Source: the human T2T-CHM13v2.0 reference genome, Homo sapiens. Taken from it: 64,000 nucleotides of DNA. The notes under the pieces are model-generated. The model had not been told where the DNA came from. It saw nothing but the letters and a program-made list of their open reading frames with translations, and searched no databases. The translations under genes were made by a program, and so were the position numbers. The stretch lies in the NCBI RefSeq assembly GCF_009914755.1, contig NC_060945.1. The stretch is one strand, 5' to 3'. Positions 27,270 to 41,141 of the stretch are shown in pieces. The first letter of the stretch is position 1. Each line of letters opens with the position of its first letter.

Positions 27270-27882
27270 TTAAGTTTGCATTATATGTGTTTATATGTGC
27301 CTATGTGTGTGCATAGAAATAAATAGAAAGAAAGATATGTGTACATAGCAGTATTATATATCTTAGTGTATACATATATATATGATAAGAAATAGAATCT
27401 TTAAACAGATGAGATGAAAAAGGAAATTTTGTTAAATCAGTTAATTTTATTTACTAGAGATAGAGAACCTTTTTTCCTCACTAATATATTGCTAATACAT
27501 ATTGTTTTATAAAATGAAAAGATTACTATTAATGTATGTTTATAATAATAGTGAGAATTATGTTATTCATTTTTATGCCCCCTGAGAATATTGGCTTAAT
27601 ATTTTAAGAGACACATTTTCAAAAGTCTGGTTCCCTTTTACTTCAGTTTTCTGTAGTTTTTAGTGGATATAAGTGTTTAAAAAGATACTTTACAAAGTTA
27701 CAAAACTTATTACACACATATCAATGGTTTATTGTTCATGGTAGTGGACACAAATACATATTTCAATAATACAATAATATCAATATTTTTATCCATTTAT
27801 TATCAAGCCTTATTAAGTCATCACTTAATAAGTGATGCCTAAAAAGCTCTCTCGCTAGTAAAAAGAAAACAGTTCTACTTTC

Positions 27883-28275
27883 TTTTTTTTTTTTTTTTTT
27901 TTGACCAATACATTCCTTTTTATTCAACAGAGTTTAAGTTGGGTCTTACAGGGAATAAACATGGGTAGATTTTTTTTTAACCCATCAACTCATCGTTTAC
28001 ATTAGGTATTTCTCCTAATGCTATCCCTCCCCCTGCCCTCCACCCCACAACAGGCCCCGGTGTGTGATGTTCCTCTCCTTGTGTCCATGTGTTCTCATTG
28101 TTTAATTCCCACCTATGAGTGAGAACATGCGGTGTTTGGTTTTCTGTTCCTGTGTTAGTTTGCTCAAAATGATGGTTTCCAGTTGCATCCATGTCCCTGC
28201 AAAGGACATGAACTCATCCTTTTTTATGGCTGCACAGTATTCCATGGTGTATATGGGCCACGTTTTCTTAATCCA
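27883..28275 (-). mobile_element. 5'-truncated L1PA (PA7/8-like) 3' piece with extra 3' sequence and poly(A)
   Basis: L1PA 3'UTR and ORF2 end at 27979-28275; about 66 nt non-L1 sequence; poly(T) 27883-27902; flanking 'actttctt' repeat. Confidence 0.85.
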
Positions 28276-29739
28276 CTTTCTTACTAGTCACCGCTTTCAC
28301 GATAGTGTTATCTGTGAGCTACAATTTCTATGGGGGACTGTTTTTTAAGACTACTGTTCATTTTAGGAATAAGATTTTAGTTAAAACTAGAAAACTCCAC
28401 TTTCATAGGCAAACTGTAGTCCCTAGACTTACATTGAAAACAAATGAAAAATGCAAGCAACTCTGTGGAACCTTATGATTTTGAGAAAATCTTGAGTGTT
28501 CCCCAGGACATGTTCAATATCCTAATCAATATCTCCCTACTGCACAGGGGACCAGATCAGTTCTTATATTTTATATTCATTAGCATTATTCATTCCTTAA
28601 GTTTAAAATAAATTAACTATTTTAAAAATAAGTAATTACAAATGTCACAGTTTTCTACCACAATGGATAGTCTTGCATATACCTGAGTATGTCATCCTCA
28701 TATTAAGAAACCAGCAATTTTAACTCTCTCGAAAGAACTCTTAGACATCTTATCCTAGTATAAATTTGGGTCACACATTGTGATAAAGAAGAGGAAACTG
28801 TTATTAACTCTCAAGTATTGCATGGAATGGAAAATCCATAAATTCAAGGGTGTCTGTTTTTATGCGCATCATAAAAGTACATGACTACTTAAACTCTGTA
28901 TTTATAATGTTTGCTGAAAAATAGCTAACCTTGTCAGAAAGACATTTAACACTTTTTGAAGGATTCTAGAATTAAAGAAAAACTACTAAACAGGCAATTT
29001 TATTTTGAAGTTGAGTGCTTGCCTGAGAAAAGGAAAGAAATGGGAGGAAAATGTATGCATATTGAAATGTCTCAATTGCATGAAAACTTTTGATCTCTTC
29101 CTTGCCAAAAAAAAAATCAATATTTCTGATTGCATTATGTATGAAGATCTGGAATATAAGCATTCACTAATTTCACTGTATTTTCATTAATCTACAATCA
29201 AATTTCTGAATGATACAAGTTGTCCATATTATATTTGTTTAAAATATTTCCAGAGTATTTTACTCTTTATGTAGAATAAAAAATAACTGGAAACATCTTG
29301 CTAAAAGGGCTAAAAATGTATTTTTAAAGAAAATCTTCTAAAATATTCTAAGGTCTATTTAAATGTATGGAACTTATATATGCATATATACAAGTCTTTT
29401 TTTTCCTTCAAGAAAATAATTACTTTAAAAACTTTGTTTAGAAAGTTTTTTTTGGTCTTAAGGTTACTTAAAGAAATAAATAGCTTTACTTTCTAACCCA
29501 ATGCAACAGTCCTCAAAATTTCCCATTGTTAAATCATGAATAAGGTACTAAAACAATTTTTGCTGGAGCAAATCATGAAGAGTTTAGAGTACAAAAGCAA
29601 AGGGAATTATCAAGGCAACACTCATAATTCCTTCATTATTACATAGATTAAAATATTTATAGGCTTTGTACTGAAATGTTAAAAAATAATCTTTTAAAAT
29701 TCTAACATTGTTACAATATTGTGGGAAATGAAGAAAACA

Positions 29740-29920
29740 CTATTGAGCATTCAATACGTGTTGGGCATTCTGCTGCAAATTTTTTATATGCATCTCATTT
29801 AATTTTTCCAGCAAGTATATGATGAAGGTAGTATTAGACCCACTTCATCAGAAGGAAGGTTATGTTCAGAAATTTAGTCATTGTGTCAATATCAGGGAGC
29901 TTAGAACTTGCAGATAAAAG
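29740..29920 (-). mobile_element. MIR relic
   Basis: 'tattgagcattcaatacgtgttgggcattctgc..catctcatttaatt..gaaggtagtattagacccactt'. Confidence 0.65.
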
Positions 29921-30036
29921 ATTGAAAATTGAGAAATACTTTATCACAAAGCATTTCCTCATTGCAATGTTAAGCAAGACTCAAATTATCTGGTCGTTGG
30001 GCAAAAATTTTAAGCTGATGCTATTTTCAACTAGGC

Positions 30037-30258
30037 CAGGGATTCTCTACTTTACAGCTATTGACATTTCAGGCCTGGCAATTCTTTATTGCTGGACTCT
30101 GTGCTGTGCAGTGCGGAAGGTTTAGCAGCAACTTTGGCATATTTTACAGATGTCAGTAACACACCTGACCCAACCCAATTCTAACAAACAAAAATGTCTC
30201 CAGACATTGCAAAATGTGTTTTCTGGGGGGGCAAACTTGCCTCTGGTTGAGACCCATC
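30037..30258. mobile_element. MER20 hAT-Charlie MITE
   Basis: 'ctattgacattt..gtttagcagca..caaaaatgtctccagacattgcaaaatgt..gggggggcaaa..ctggttgagaccca'. Confidence 0.85.
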
Positions 30259-32050
30259 AAGCAGTAGAATAGGATGAGAGTCAGATCTTCATCCTGCCCA
30301 TATTCTACCCTTCCTTCTTCCCTCTGTGCATGTGCACATTCATCAACACACACAGATGCACACACACAGAATTAGAACTAACATCAAAGAGAGTAAGACT
30401 ATAACATTTACAACCTAGTAAAAGAAAGCAAAAAATAGTATCTGAATCCACTCACATAAATTATAAATCAATAGTCACAATACAATTTTTTTGAGAATCT
30501 GAACAGAAACTTCATGAGAAGAAGAATCATCTCATCAAGAAATCTTCCGCTGCCACTCTAAATTTAGTTTTCAAATCTCAGCATGTCCACTAATTATTTA
30601 GGGAGCAAATATTATATTAAAAAATGTATAAAGGGGTGATGACATGTAATGCCCCAAATGGTATGTTGATAAATCCAGAATAAACAAAAATGTTACTAAT
30701 CTACAAATAATTCATCAGAGATAAATCCAAGAAAATCATTTTGCATCTTACCTTATAGGTAAGTAAATAAATAAATGTTCTGCAATAGTCACAGTTTCTC
30801 AAAATACTTAATATTAATCAGATTGACTGGGTGATTTTGAACCCCATTTGGTGAACTGCTACCTGCAAGGAAAAATCAAGGTTCTGGACACTTAGTCACT
30901 TCTCATTGACACTGTCTACTTTCCTAACTCTTCTTAAGGCGAAAAATCTCTAGTCTGAATCAATGGCAAAATAAAGTTCTCAAGGACCCACAAAGAGAAG
31001 GCAATGAGATGTATACTAGGATATAAAAGTTTTAAAGGGAAGAGTAAATGAGAGTCAAAAGTTCATTTTCTTTCTGCGGGTTTATTTTTCTTTCTCCTAT
31101 TATTGCCATAAAATATTCAGGGCCAGGGAAGGTTTTAATGGTAGCAATGCTTCCAGCCTCTTTAGGGAAAGAGGACAGAGATAATCAAGCTCACATAAGG
31201 GCCAGTCTACATATCACCTATGTATTTATTGCTGATTCACTATGAATTATTTTACACTACATGATCCAAAATGTCACTTTTGTGATCAGATAATTCTAAT
31301 GCTGGCTATCAGTTTTGAAAACTAAAAAAAAAAAACAACAACAAAAACAAACAACCAAAAAAACAAAACACAAAAACCACCTTTGTGTAAACTTGATTCA
31401 TCCTTCAGGCCAAGGGAAGAACTCAGCTTCCAAATGGAGGCAGTGGAGAAGGAGACAGTGTTGTTATCTACATGGAATTTGTTAAATTTTATTTCTCTCT
31501 CTGTTTTTATGTCTTTTCTTCTTTGAATTTTCCTTCCTACATCATTTATCTTACATATACTCTCCTTCACCTAACTACTGAAGGGATTTTTGTTGCAAAC
31601 AAATCTGCTCCTTTTTATCTCCTGTCTTTTATTTCCCTGCAGAATTTCCATTTTCCCTCCACTGAAACCTGGATCAATGGCTTCCCACTGACTCTGGATG
31701 ATTTGCCATACTTGGTGACCTTAACATTTTCTTGGAAGTTTTAGCTCAAACAACAGCCTCTCAGTTCCTTCATCTAATTCCCGCTAGTGACTTTCTCAGC
31801 CGTTCCTCATCAGCCAACTGCAGATAAAGTCTTAACTACTTCACCTCAAAAATCACTATCTCAACCTCCTGCTCTCTGACTATATCCATGTATTTATGAA
31901 ACACTCACTGTTCTCGTAAGAAGCTCTGCTCCACTAACCTCTCTATTGTCACTCACTTAATCAGCTTGGTCCTTCCTTCATTCTACCATCACCTAACTTA
32001 GATCCTGTGGTTTATAATTCCTAAAACATTACTGAAAATGTGCAGAAAAC

Positions 32051-32388
32051 TAGTGCTTCTCAAATGATCTGTGATCAAAGACATTGTTTTGTTGTTGTCA
32101 GTGATGATGGAGAGGATGGCCTTGTTTATAAATCACGGTGGGACAGCACTTTTATAAAATACAATTAAAAATAAATTATTAAATAATACAGTGTAAAAGT
32201 CCCCAAAGGCACACAAAACACTGCTGTCAATTTGTTATTAGAAGCTTCAACCGATAAAATATGTTTAACTTGAAATCACATTTCATAACTTTTACTCTCA
32301 TTTTCTGGAAAGTGCGTTTCTTGCTAAAGACTGGTAACAAACCATGTGCAAACTAATGCCAGTTTGTGTGCTATTTTGAACAGTGTAG
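32051..32388. mobile_element. hAT-Charlie element (Charlie4-like)
   Basis: 'tagtgcttctcaaatgatctgtgatcaaagac..acttttataaaatacaattaaaaataaattatt'; degenerate terminal inverted repeat. Confidence 0.55.
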
Positions 32389-32473
32389 GCTTGACCTCTC
32401 TTCCCCCTATAGCTTTTCTTTGCACATGTCTGCCAAACTCCGGTCCCCAGTGATCTGCCTTTCCCTGTGCCTC

Positions 32474-33231
<758 letters not shown>

Positions 33232-36200
33232 AACAGGAAGCTATTCCTCCTGTTGTCAAAAACCAACTGCTTCACCCATGTTTTGGATCTATCTTAATCT
33301 TCTCTGAAATCTTAAACTACTTTCTTTCTAACCTTTCAACTTCTCATAATTAGCTGGCTCCTTCTCCTTGGTTTTCTGGACATACACATATATTTCTCAT
33401 CTTTTAAAGTAAGTTCCCTTTAATCACTCATTTCCTACCTGCCATCCTATCTCTCTCCTCCGCTTCATGGCGGAACTTCTTGAAATTTGTCCTCTTCCTC
33501 TGTGTGTATGTCTTAACTTAGCCCTTCTTATTCAACTTACTCCATTTGATTCTGTTCCCACCACTCAAGCACAATTATTCCTTCTTAGATCACCAAATAC
33601 TTCTATTTTAATAAATTCTATGAACATTTCAGTAATATATATAGTATTATTGCTTTTTTCTTCTTTCTTAGAACTGTTTTTCTCATTCTGGGCTTCTCTG
33701 ATACCCTACTGACACAGCACTTTTAAAACATTTTTTTTCTCTGCAGAATCATTCCCCTTTATCCGGATCATTAAATATTAGATTTTCTTTGGCCATTTTA
33801 CAGACATTTCTTACTCCTTCTCTAAGCTCTCTCCCAAGCCCATCCATGCATATAGCTAAATTACCTACAAATGATTATGAAGTTCAAATTTGCTTCATAT
33901 TTAATCAATTCTAAGACAAACTTTCCCTCATAGTTTAACATATGATCTGAAAAAATAATGTATCTAACTTAGAATAGATAAAATTTCAGAGTTTAATTGA
34001 AATATTTCTTCTTTCTCAGTGATACATTAAAAATATGGATATTAAAATCCATGATTTTTTTAGATTCACTAAAATCCAGTTATATCCAACTTTGATCCAT
34101 TGGAAATTCGAGCTTATGTAACTACTCATAGTTTCCACTTAAATGTTTTAAATAGTCTTCTTCAATGAAAACTCTGTTGTTGACACTTATTATGTTCTAT
34201 GTGAATAGTGACCTCTGGGGTTACATTGCCTAGTGATTCTGTAAATATACCCAAAGTCAATTGTACAAAATCGAACACACGATCTCCACCTTCCCATCCA
34301 CTTCCCAACCACCTCCCAAACTGTGGTGCTCATCCAATGTTCACTATTTTCGTGAATTTTAACTTCACACATTCATTAACACAAACCAGAAACCTAAGTG
34401 GCAAACTTCATATTTCCTTCTCCTGAAATGAGGCATCATGTTCTTTTGATTTTATCACCTAAATATTTCCCTAATTTCTCCAGTTTTCCCCATTTCTACC
34501 AATACTCTCTCCAGCTCAAGTGAACATCATCTCACCTAAAACTACATAATAGCTTTCTAACTTATATGACCATATCCTTTCTGGCTCCCTTTCTCGTCTT
34601 TTCTCCATTCTGTGGTCAGAGTGATGAAGCAATGCTGCCCATGTTTACAACCCATTGATATCTTCCTATGGCTAGTATCCTCCTGGGATGCTTTGTATTT
34701 TTGTGCTTTTAATTGATACCTTATGTTGTGCCGTCTTTCCTTTTTTGAGTAATGTCTTATCTTTAATTCTATAATCATTATGGTGAATGTCTGTATTAAG
34801 AATTTATGTCTTTGTTGGTAAATAGCAAGAGTGGCTCTGCTATTTCTACACTCCCAGGTTTCTTTCAGTTAGTCTGATATTTTCATTAAATTAAGTCATG
34901 TATTAAATCCCAAGCAGTCATATATTAGAAAGGAAAATGTCTCAAATGTGTCAATCTGATTCTTTTTATTAGATTAATGTTACAGCTGTTTTGACAGAAT
35001 GTAAGAAAATACCATTATTTACAGAGGTATGACATTTAAAATAAGTTTGTTGTATTTATGCACTGATTATTTGTTTTTCAGTGGCCAAACCTTCATAGAC
35101 GATAAGTTGAACTTTCAAAATATTTAATATATTGTTATCATACATTCTTAAGTACATTTAATAATTGACAAAATAGTAAAAAGGTTGCCTGTTTACCTGG
35201 CTCCCTATGCAAGAAAGCAAAGAAACAAGCTTGTAACCACATAATGAGTGCTATATGCTATTGCGTGTTTCAGTCTCACCTTATGGCAAATGAATAATTC
35301 CATAAAACTGTTTGACATTATTCTCCCCAAAATCTCTATAAAAGTAGTACCGCTTAATGGTATGCAAATCAGAACAATCTAAGGAATTTAAGATATGCAG
35401 GGGGTTTTCATAATAATAAACTGTATCACTTCTTAAGCCTTTCCTTTTGCCTATGACTATATGCCTTTTTCTTTATGATTATGCTATTTTACTTGAGATG
35501 AAATAATCTATATCATGAAATTCCCTAGGTCTCTTGTAAGTAGGATAATGGGAAATGCTTCCATACTTTTAAAATGTACGATGTTTATCAAGAATATTGA
35601 TTCAAATTTATTTAATTTTTCAATGTTTACATTTAAAACATCAAAATCACTCATTTTCTACTTATTGCAGTAAGTTATAAATATTATATATTTCAGTACA
35701 TGTTATTATAATTTATATTTTGAGTTTGTAAAAACAAAATATCTGATTAATTTTAAATAGTCATCAAGATCCTGTAGAAACTCTGTGTCTGTAGGTTTGT
35801 TGCTTATTATGTGTAGCTATAGTATGCCATTGACTAACCTACTTATCCCATTTCACAAGTCTTTTTGAATAAAATATATCTGAAAATAAACCAGTGTTTC
35901 TATTTCACTTTAGCATCATCATATAACCACCTCTATTCTATAATCTATAAAACAGAAACAGATTAATAATCAGGACCTGTTCTATATATCTATTCATAAG
36001 CCCTAAATCTTCATACAAGAGAACTTCTAATTACTTTTGTGTCAGAAAGTCGAAGTTGAAGCACAGGAAAAAATGTAGGAAGCTTTCTACTATGTTAATG
36101 GAAGATTGAGGAGAAGGAGTTGAAAGCCTCACTTTGGCTTCAGAACAGGCTATTTTTCTCTGATATAGCAGCCTTGATTTTGATGCAATGAACTTGATGC

Positions 36201-36420
36201 TGTAATTCAGTCCATATGTGATGCTGGGTCTCTTTCCCTTATTAATTAGAATCTGTAGAAAACAAGTATTGATACTATACAGTCCGACACTACATATCAT
36301 ATTTTATAATATGATTATATAATCTGTGCAAGTATGATTAGTAGAAATATGTTAAAAATTTTTTCTATTAGATGTATAAATATATTATTTTTATAAACCT
36401 CAATAATGTCCTTCACTTAC

Positions 36421-36769
36421 TGTGCTAGTCTGTTTTCACACTGCTATAAAGAACTACCTGAGACTGGGTAATTTAAAAAGAAGAGAGGTTTAGTTGACTC
36501 ACAGCTCCCCACGGCTGGGGAGGTCTCAGAAAACTTACAATCATGGCAGAAAGCGAAGGTGAAGCAAGGCACATCTTACATGGCTTCAGGAGAGAGAAAG
36601 AGAGAAAGAGGAGGCGGCCACACACTTTTAAACTATCAGATCTCATGAGAACTCACTCACTATCACGAGAACAGCAAGGGGGAAATCTGCTCCCATGATC
36701 CAGTCACCTCCCACCTCTCTTCCAATTTGACATGAGATTTGGAAGGGCACACAAATCCAGACCATATCA
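36421..36769 (-). mobile_element. MSTA/THE1D-type MaLR solo LTR
   Basis: 'tgtgctagtctgttttcacactgctataaagaactacctgagactggg' through 'acacaaatccagaccatatca'; TSD cttac/cttat. Confidence 0.9.
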
Positions 36770-38285
36770 CTTATATAACAATGTATGTATGTAAAATTTT
36801 TAAATATCAATAAGAACCTTTGAACACTATTTTATAGCATATATGTAATATATAACATGTTTATATATGTACATATACATGTATATGTATAAAATCTTGA
36901 AAGAAAAATTCTTTCACCCAGGATTACAAATTAGGGAAGTATGGGTTTGTATATAATCCTAGAATTATATAATTTTATTTATTAGATTTATAATAATGAT
37001 TTTCTTTGGAAAGTTGAAAAATAATTAAATTATAAAATTTAAAAATAATAAATTAAAATCAAAATTTATCTGTAATGTGCTTTATTTATTAAAAATTAGA
37101 AATTAATTCTAAAATATTAGAATAGTTTTTATTTTCATTTTTTATATTTATTTTTAGAAACTATTTTTATTTGAATGTTTATAAACAAAAAGACCAAGTA
37201 TCTTGAATATTATGCTGATAATATGGGGACAGTCTATTGTATGCAGCTCTTGGTTTACATTTCTCTTAAAAATATAAGCACTAATCTGATATAGTCCAAA
37301 GAATGATCAAATGTCTTTTTATTACAGCATTAGAAAATCTCTTTATCTGCTCTTAGAAGTGAATTTTCATTACTGAGCCATATAATATTGCTGCCACAGA
37401 ACTCCTACTAGCTAGAGATAAATTGGAGAGCCCTGAAAAAAATGACATGAGTAAAATGAAACGGATGATGTTGGTGAGATCACTCCTACAAATCAAGACA
37501 GAGTGTGTTCTCTCCTCTTTTTGGCTCACCCCAGTGAGGGCTGTCATCTGACTTGAGTTGGTTCACTAGGATCATGAGTAGAGGTGGTTCCTTTCTCCGA
37601 CATCAGAGACTGAGGCCAAACATGAGAACCACAGCAGGTATTTCATTACCAGATAGTCACTCTCAAGTGGGTTGTTATGCAATTGATCCAATGCTAACCC
37701 TCTTTAAAAGGGCACATTTTCCCTACTTTATTGTTAGAAAAAAGCACATCATGTATTGACATGTTGTACTGATTTTTCTTTTTTTTTTTGTACTGATTCT
37801 TCATAAGGCATTTCATCCATCCCATAGTTAACTATAGATCATGAGCCCATTTGACATAAAGTAGGGTCATGTATTTCCTCCTTCTTCTCCCACATTGTTT
37901 TAACGGTCCTGTCAGCATAGACTAAAAAGCAATGGTACTAAAAAATCCTTCTCAATACTCTAAATCTTGAAAAGCAAACTTCAATGTAACTTCTGCACTG
38001 TATCAATTTTACTGCATTTTTGTCAATGAATTTAACTTCATTTAAAAAAGTGAATTGCAGTTTATAACATGTTGGAATTCTCTATTAACTAGGTTATAAA
38101 GACAATTTTGCAAAATATTTCATGCATTTATGATAACTGCATTATTATTGACAAGGGATCATGAACCCAGGGCCTCCACTGACTGGAAAACCTTTCAGAA
38201 CTCCCTGATAGTCAGCCCTAACCAAGACTCTGGCCCTGGCTATAACAATGTATTCTGCACTATAACTATACCATCTCCATTTTCT

Positions 38286-38611
38286 TTTCTTTTTTTTTTT
38301 TTTTTTTTTTTGAGACAGTCTTGCTCAGTCGCTCAGGCTGGAGTGCAGTGGCGAGATCTCGGCTCACTGCAAGCTCCACCTCCTGGGTTCACGCCATTCT
38401 CCTGCCTCCACGCCATTCTCCTGCCTCAGCCTCCCGAGTAGCTGGGATCACAGGCGCCCGCCACCACGCCCGGCTAATTTTTTTTGTATTTTTAGTAGAG
38501 ACGGAATTTCACCATGTTAGCCAGGATGGTCTCGATATCCTGACCTCGTGATCCACCTGCCTCGGCCTCCCAAAGTGCTGGGGTTACAGGCGTGAGCCAC
38601 TGCTCCCGACC
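38286..38611 (-). mobile_element. AluY with internal 19-bp tandem duplication
   Basis: AluY diagnostics (gcaagctcc, ttcacgccattc, gttagccaggatggtctcgat); TSD 'accatctccattttct'. Confidence 0.97.
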
Positions 38612-39205
38612 ACCATCTCCATTTTCTATTACATATCTTATGGATTTAGAAGAGGTGTCCCACATATATTACTTTTTATATTAAAAAGTTCTCCCTTGAT
38701 TTCCAATCTCTGGGTGTCTTTTAAAATGATATTGGCAAATGTTTCTGTGTAGTCATCATTTTAAAAATAGAATACACTATGTATAGTGAAATATATCAGT
38801 CTCTTTTATTTATACTGAAAAATATGGCTTGTCTTCATGAGTGAGAAGGACCGCTATAATTACAAGCTTACCTGCACACCTGTTCACCTTGTATAGTAAA
38901 AGTAAATATTTCAATTTCATGGGTCAATTAGGCTCCACACATATGTTGACCCACAGGATATGACCTGAAATGAGGTAAAAAATTAACACACCTAGAACCG
39001 GACCACATAATCATTTTAAGATCCTGAGTGACAGGTAGGTTAAGTTTGCTCTCCATGAGGATTAAAGGCTTCCAGCTCAAATTTTCACCTGTCTCAAAGT
39101 GGAAAAGGCCGTACTGTGTTTCATAAGCCTCTTCTTCAATTGAAAACACAGTAAACATGGAGCATCCCTGAAAAACATAGTTTCAAATCAGGCTCTAAAT
39201 TCTCA

Positions 39206-40327
39206 ATTTGGGTCATTTGCTTGTTTGTTTGTTTGTTTCCTTGTGAATTGTTTAAGTTCCACGTAGATTCTGGATATTAGACCTTTGTCAGATGGATAGA
39301 TTGCAAATACGTTCTCCCATTCTGTGGGTTGTCGGTTTACTTTAATGATAGTTTCTTTAGCCGTGCAGAAGCTGTTAAGTTTGATCCGATCCCATTTGCC
39401 AATTTTTGCTTTTGTTGCGATTGCTTTTGGTGTTTTCATCATGAATCTTTGCCTGTGCCTATGTCCTGAATGGTATTGCTTAGATTTTCTTTGAGGGTTC
39501 TAAAAGTTTTGGGTTTTACATTTCCGTCTTAACAATAATATGAAAAAAAAATAAAAGCTCCACATCACTGATCATTAGGGAAATGCAAATCAAAACCACA
39601 ATGAGATACCATCTCATATCAGTGAGAATGGCTATTATTAAACAGTCAAAAAACATCAGATACTGGTGAGTTTGTAGAGAAAAAGAAAACCTTTTACACT
39701 GTGGGTGAGAGTGTAAATTAGTTCAACCATTGTGGATGACAATGTGGCAATTCCTCAAAGACCTAGAGGCAGAAGTACCATTTGACCCAGCAATCCCATT
39801 ACTGTGTATATATCCGAAGGAATATAAATCAGTCTATTATAAAAATACATGCACATGTATGTTCATTGCAGCAGTATTCACAATAGCAAAGACTTGGAAT
39901 CAACCTAAATGCCCATCAATGATAGATTGGATAAGAAAAACGGGGTACATATACACCATGGAAAACTATGCAGCCATAAAAGGGAATGAGATCATGTCCT
40001 TTGCAGGAACACAGATGGAGTTGGAAGACATTATCCTCAGCAAACTAACACAGGAACAGAAAACAAAACACCGCATGTTCTCATTTATAAGTAGGAGCTG
40101 AATTATGAGAACACATGTACACGTGGGGAAGAACAACACACACTGGGGCCTGTCAGGGGGGTTGGGGGCAGGGAGAGCATCAAGAAGAATAGGTAATTGA
40201 TGCTGGGCTTAATACCTAGGTGATGGGATGATGTGTACAGCAAACCGCCATGACATACATTTACCTATGTAACAAACATGCACATCCTGCACATGTACCC
40301 CTGAACTTAAAAGTTGAAGGAAAAAAA
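39206..40327 (+). mobile_element. 5'-inverted (twin-primed) L1PA (PA13-16-like)
   Basis: 39206-39530 is antisense ORF2 ([17 protein letters not shown]); 39531-40327 is the sense ORF2 end plus 3'UTR; TSD 'aaattctca'. Confidence 0.92.
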
Positions 40328-40829
40328 TTCTCAGTTGGCATTATTGCATCAGATAGCCTTTCCAAAATAGTGTGAAGCTCAGAGAAACACTAGGTAGAAA
40401 CTGCTCATAAAACCAGTGGTAGGAGCATAGGGGAGGATAAGGCCAAAGGGTTTCTATCTGTGACAAGAACCCTAGACAGAAGCAAGATAGCATTTATTGA
40501 TATGCCAGAAACTTTATAAATATTCTCTCCATTAGTAATTAGAAGCAGATATTTTGATTAGGTATTTTTACCCATATTTCTCAGAGTCATTTCTCCAGAT
40601 ACATATTTTTGTAAGCATTTACTACATAACTCCGTCTGAGCTCGCAACTTGTGATGCAAGGAAGAAAACGGTAACCTGCCACAATATGTTTATAGAGAAA
40701 GAGGAGAGGCATCTAAGAAGACACAATAATTGGTATAAATCTCAGAAAAGAAGTCTCCTAAACTAGTATGTTCCTCAGAAAATGTGTGTTTGAAACTGCA
40801 ACCCTATCAATTAAGTACATTGGGATTAA

Positions 40830-41141
<312 letters not shown>

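Noticed and set aside
39730-40101. 123-aa ORF
   Set aside because: C-terminal fragment of L1 ORF2p, not a cellular gene.
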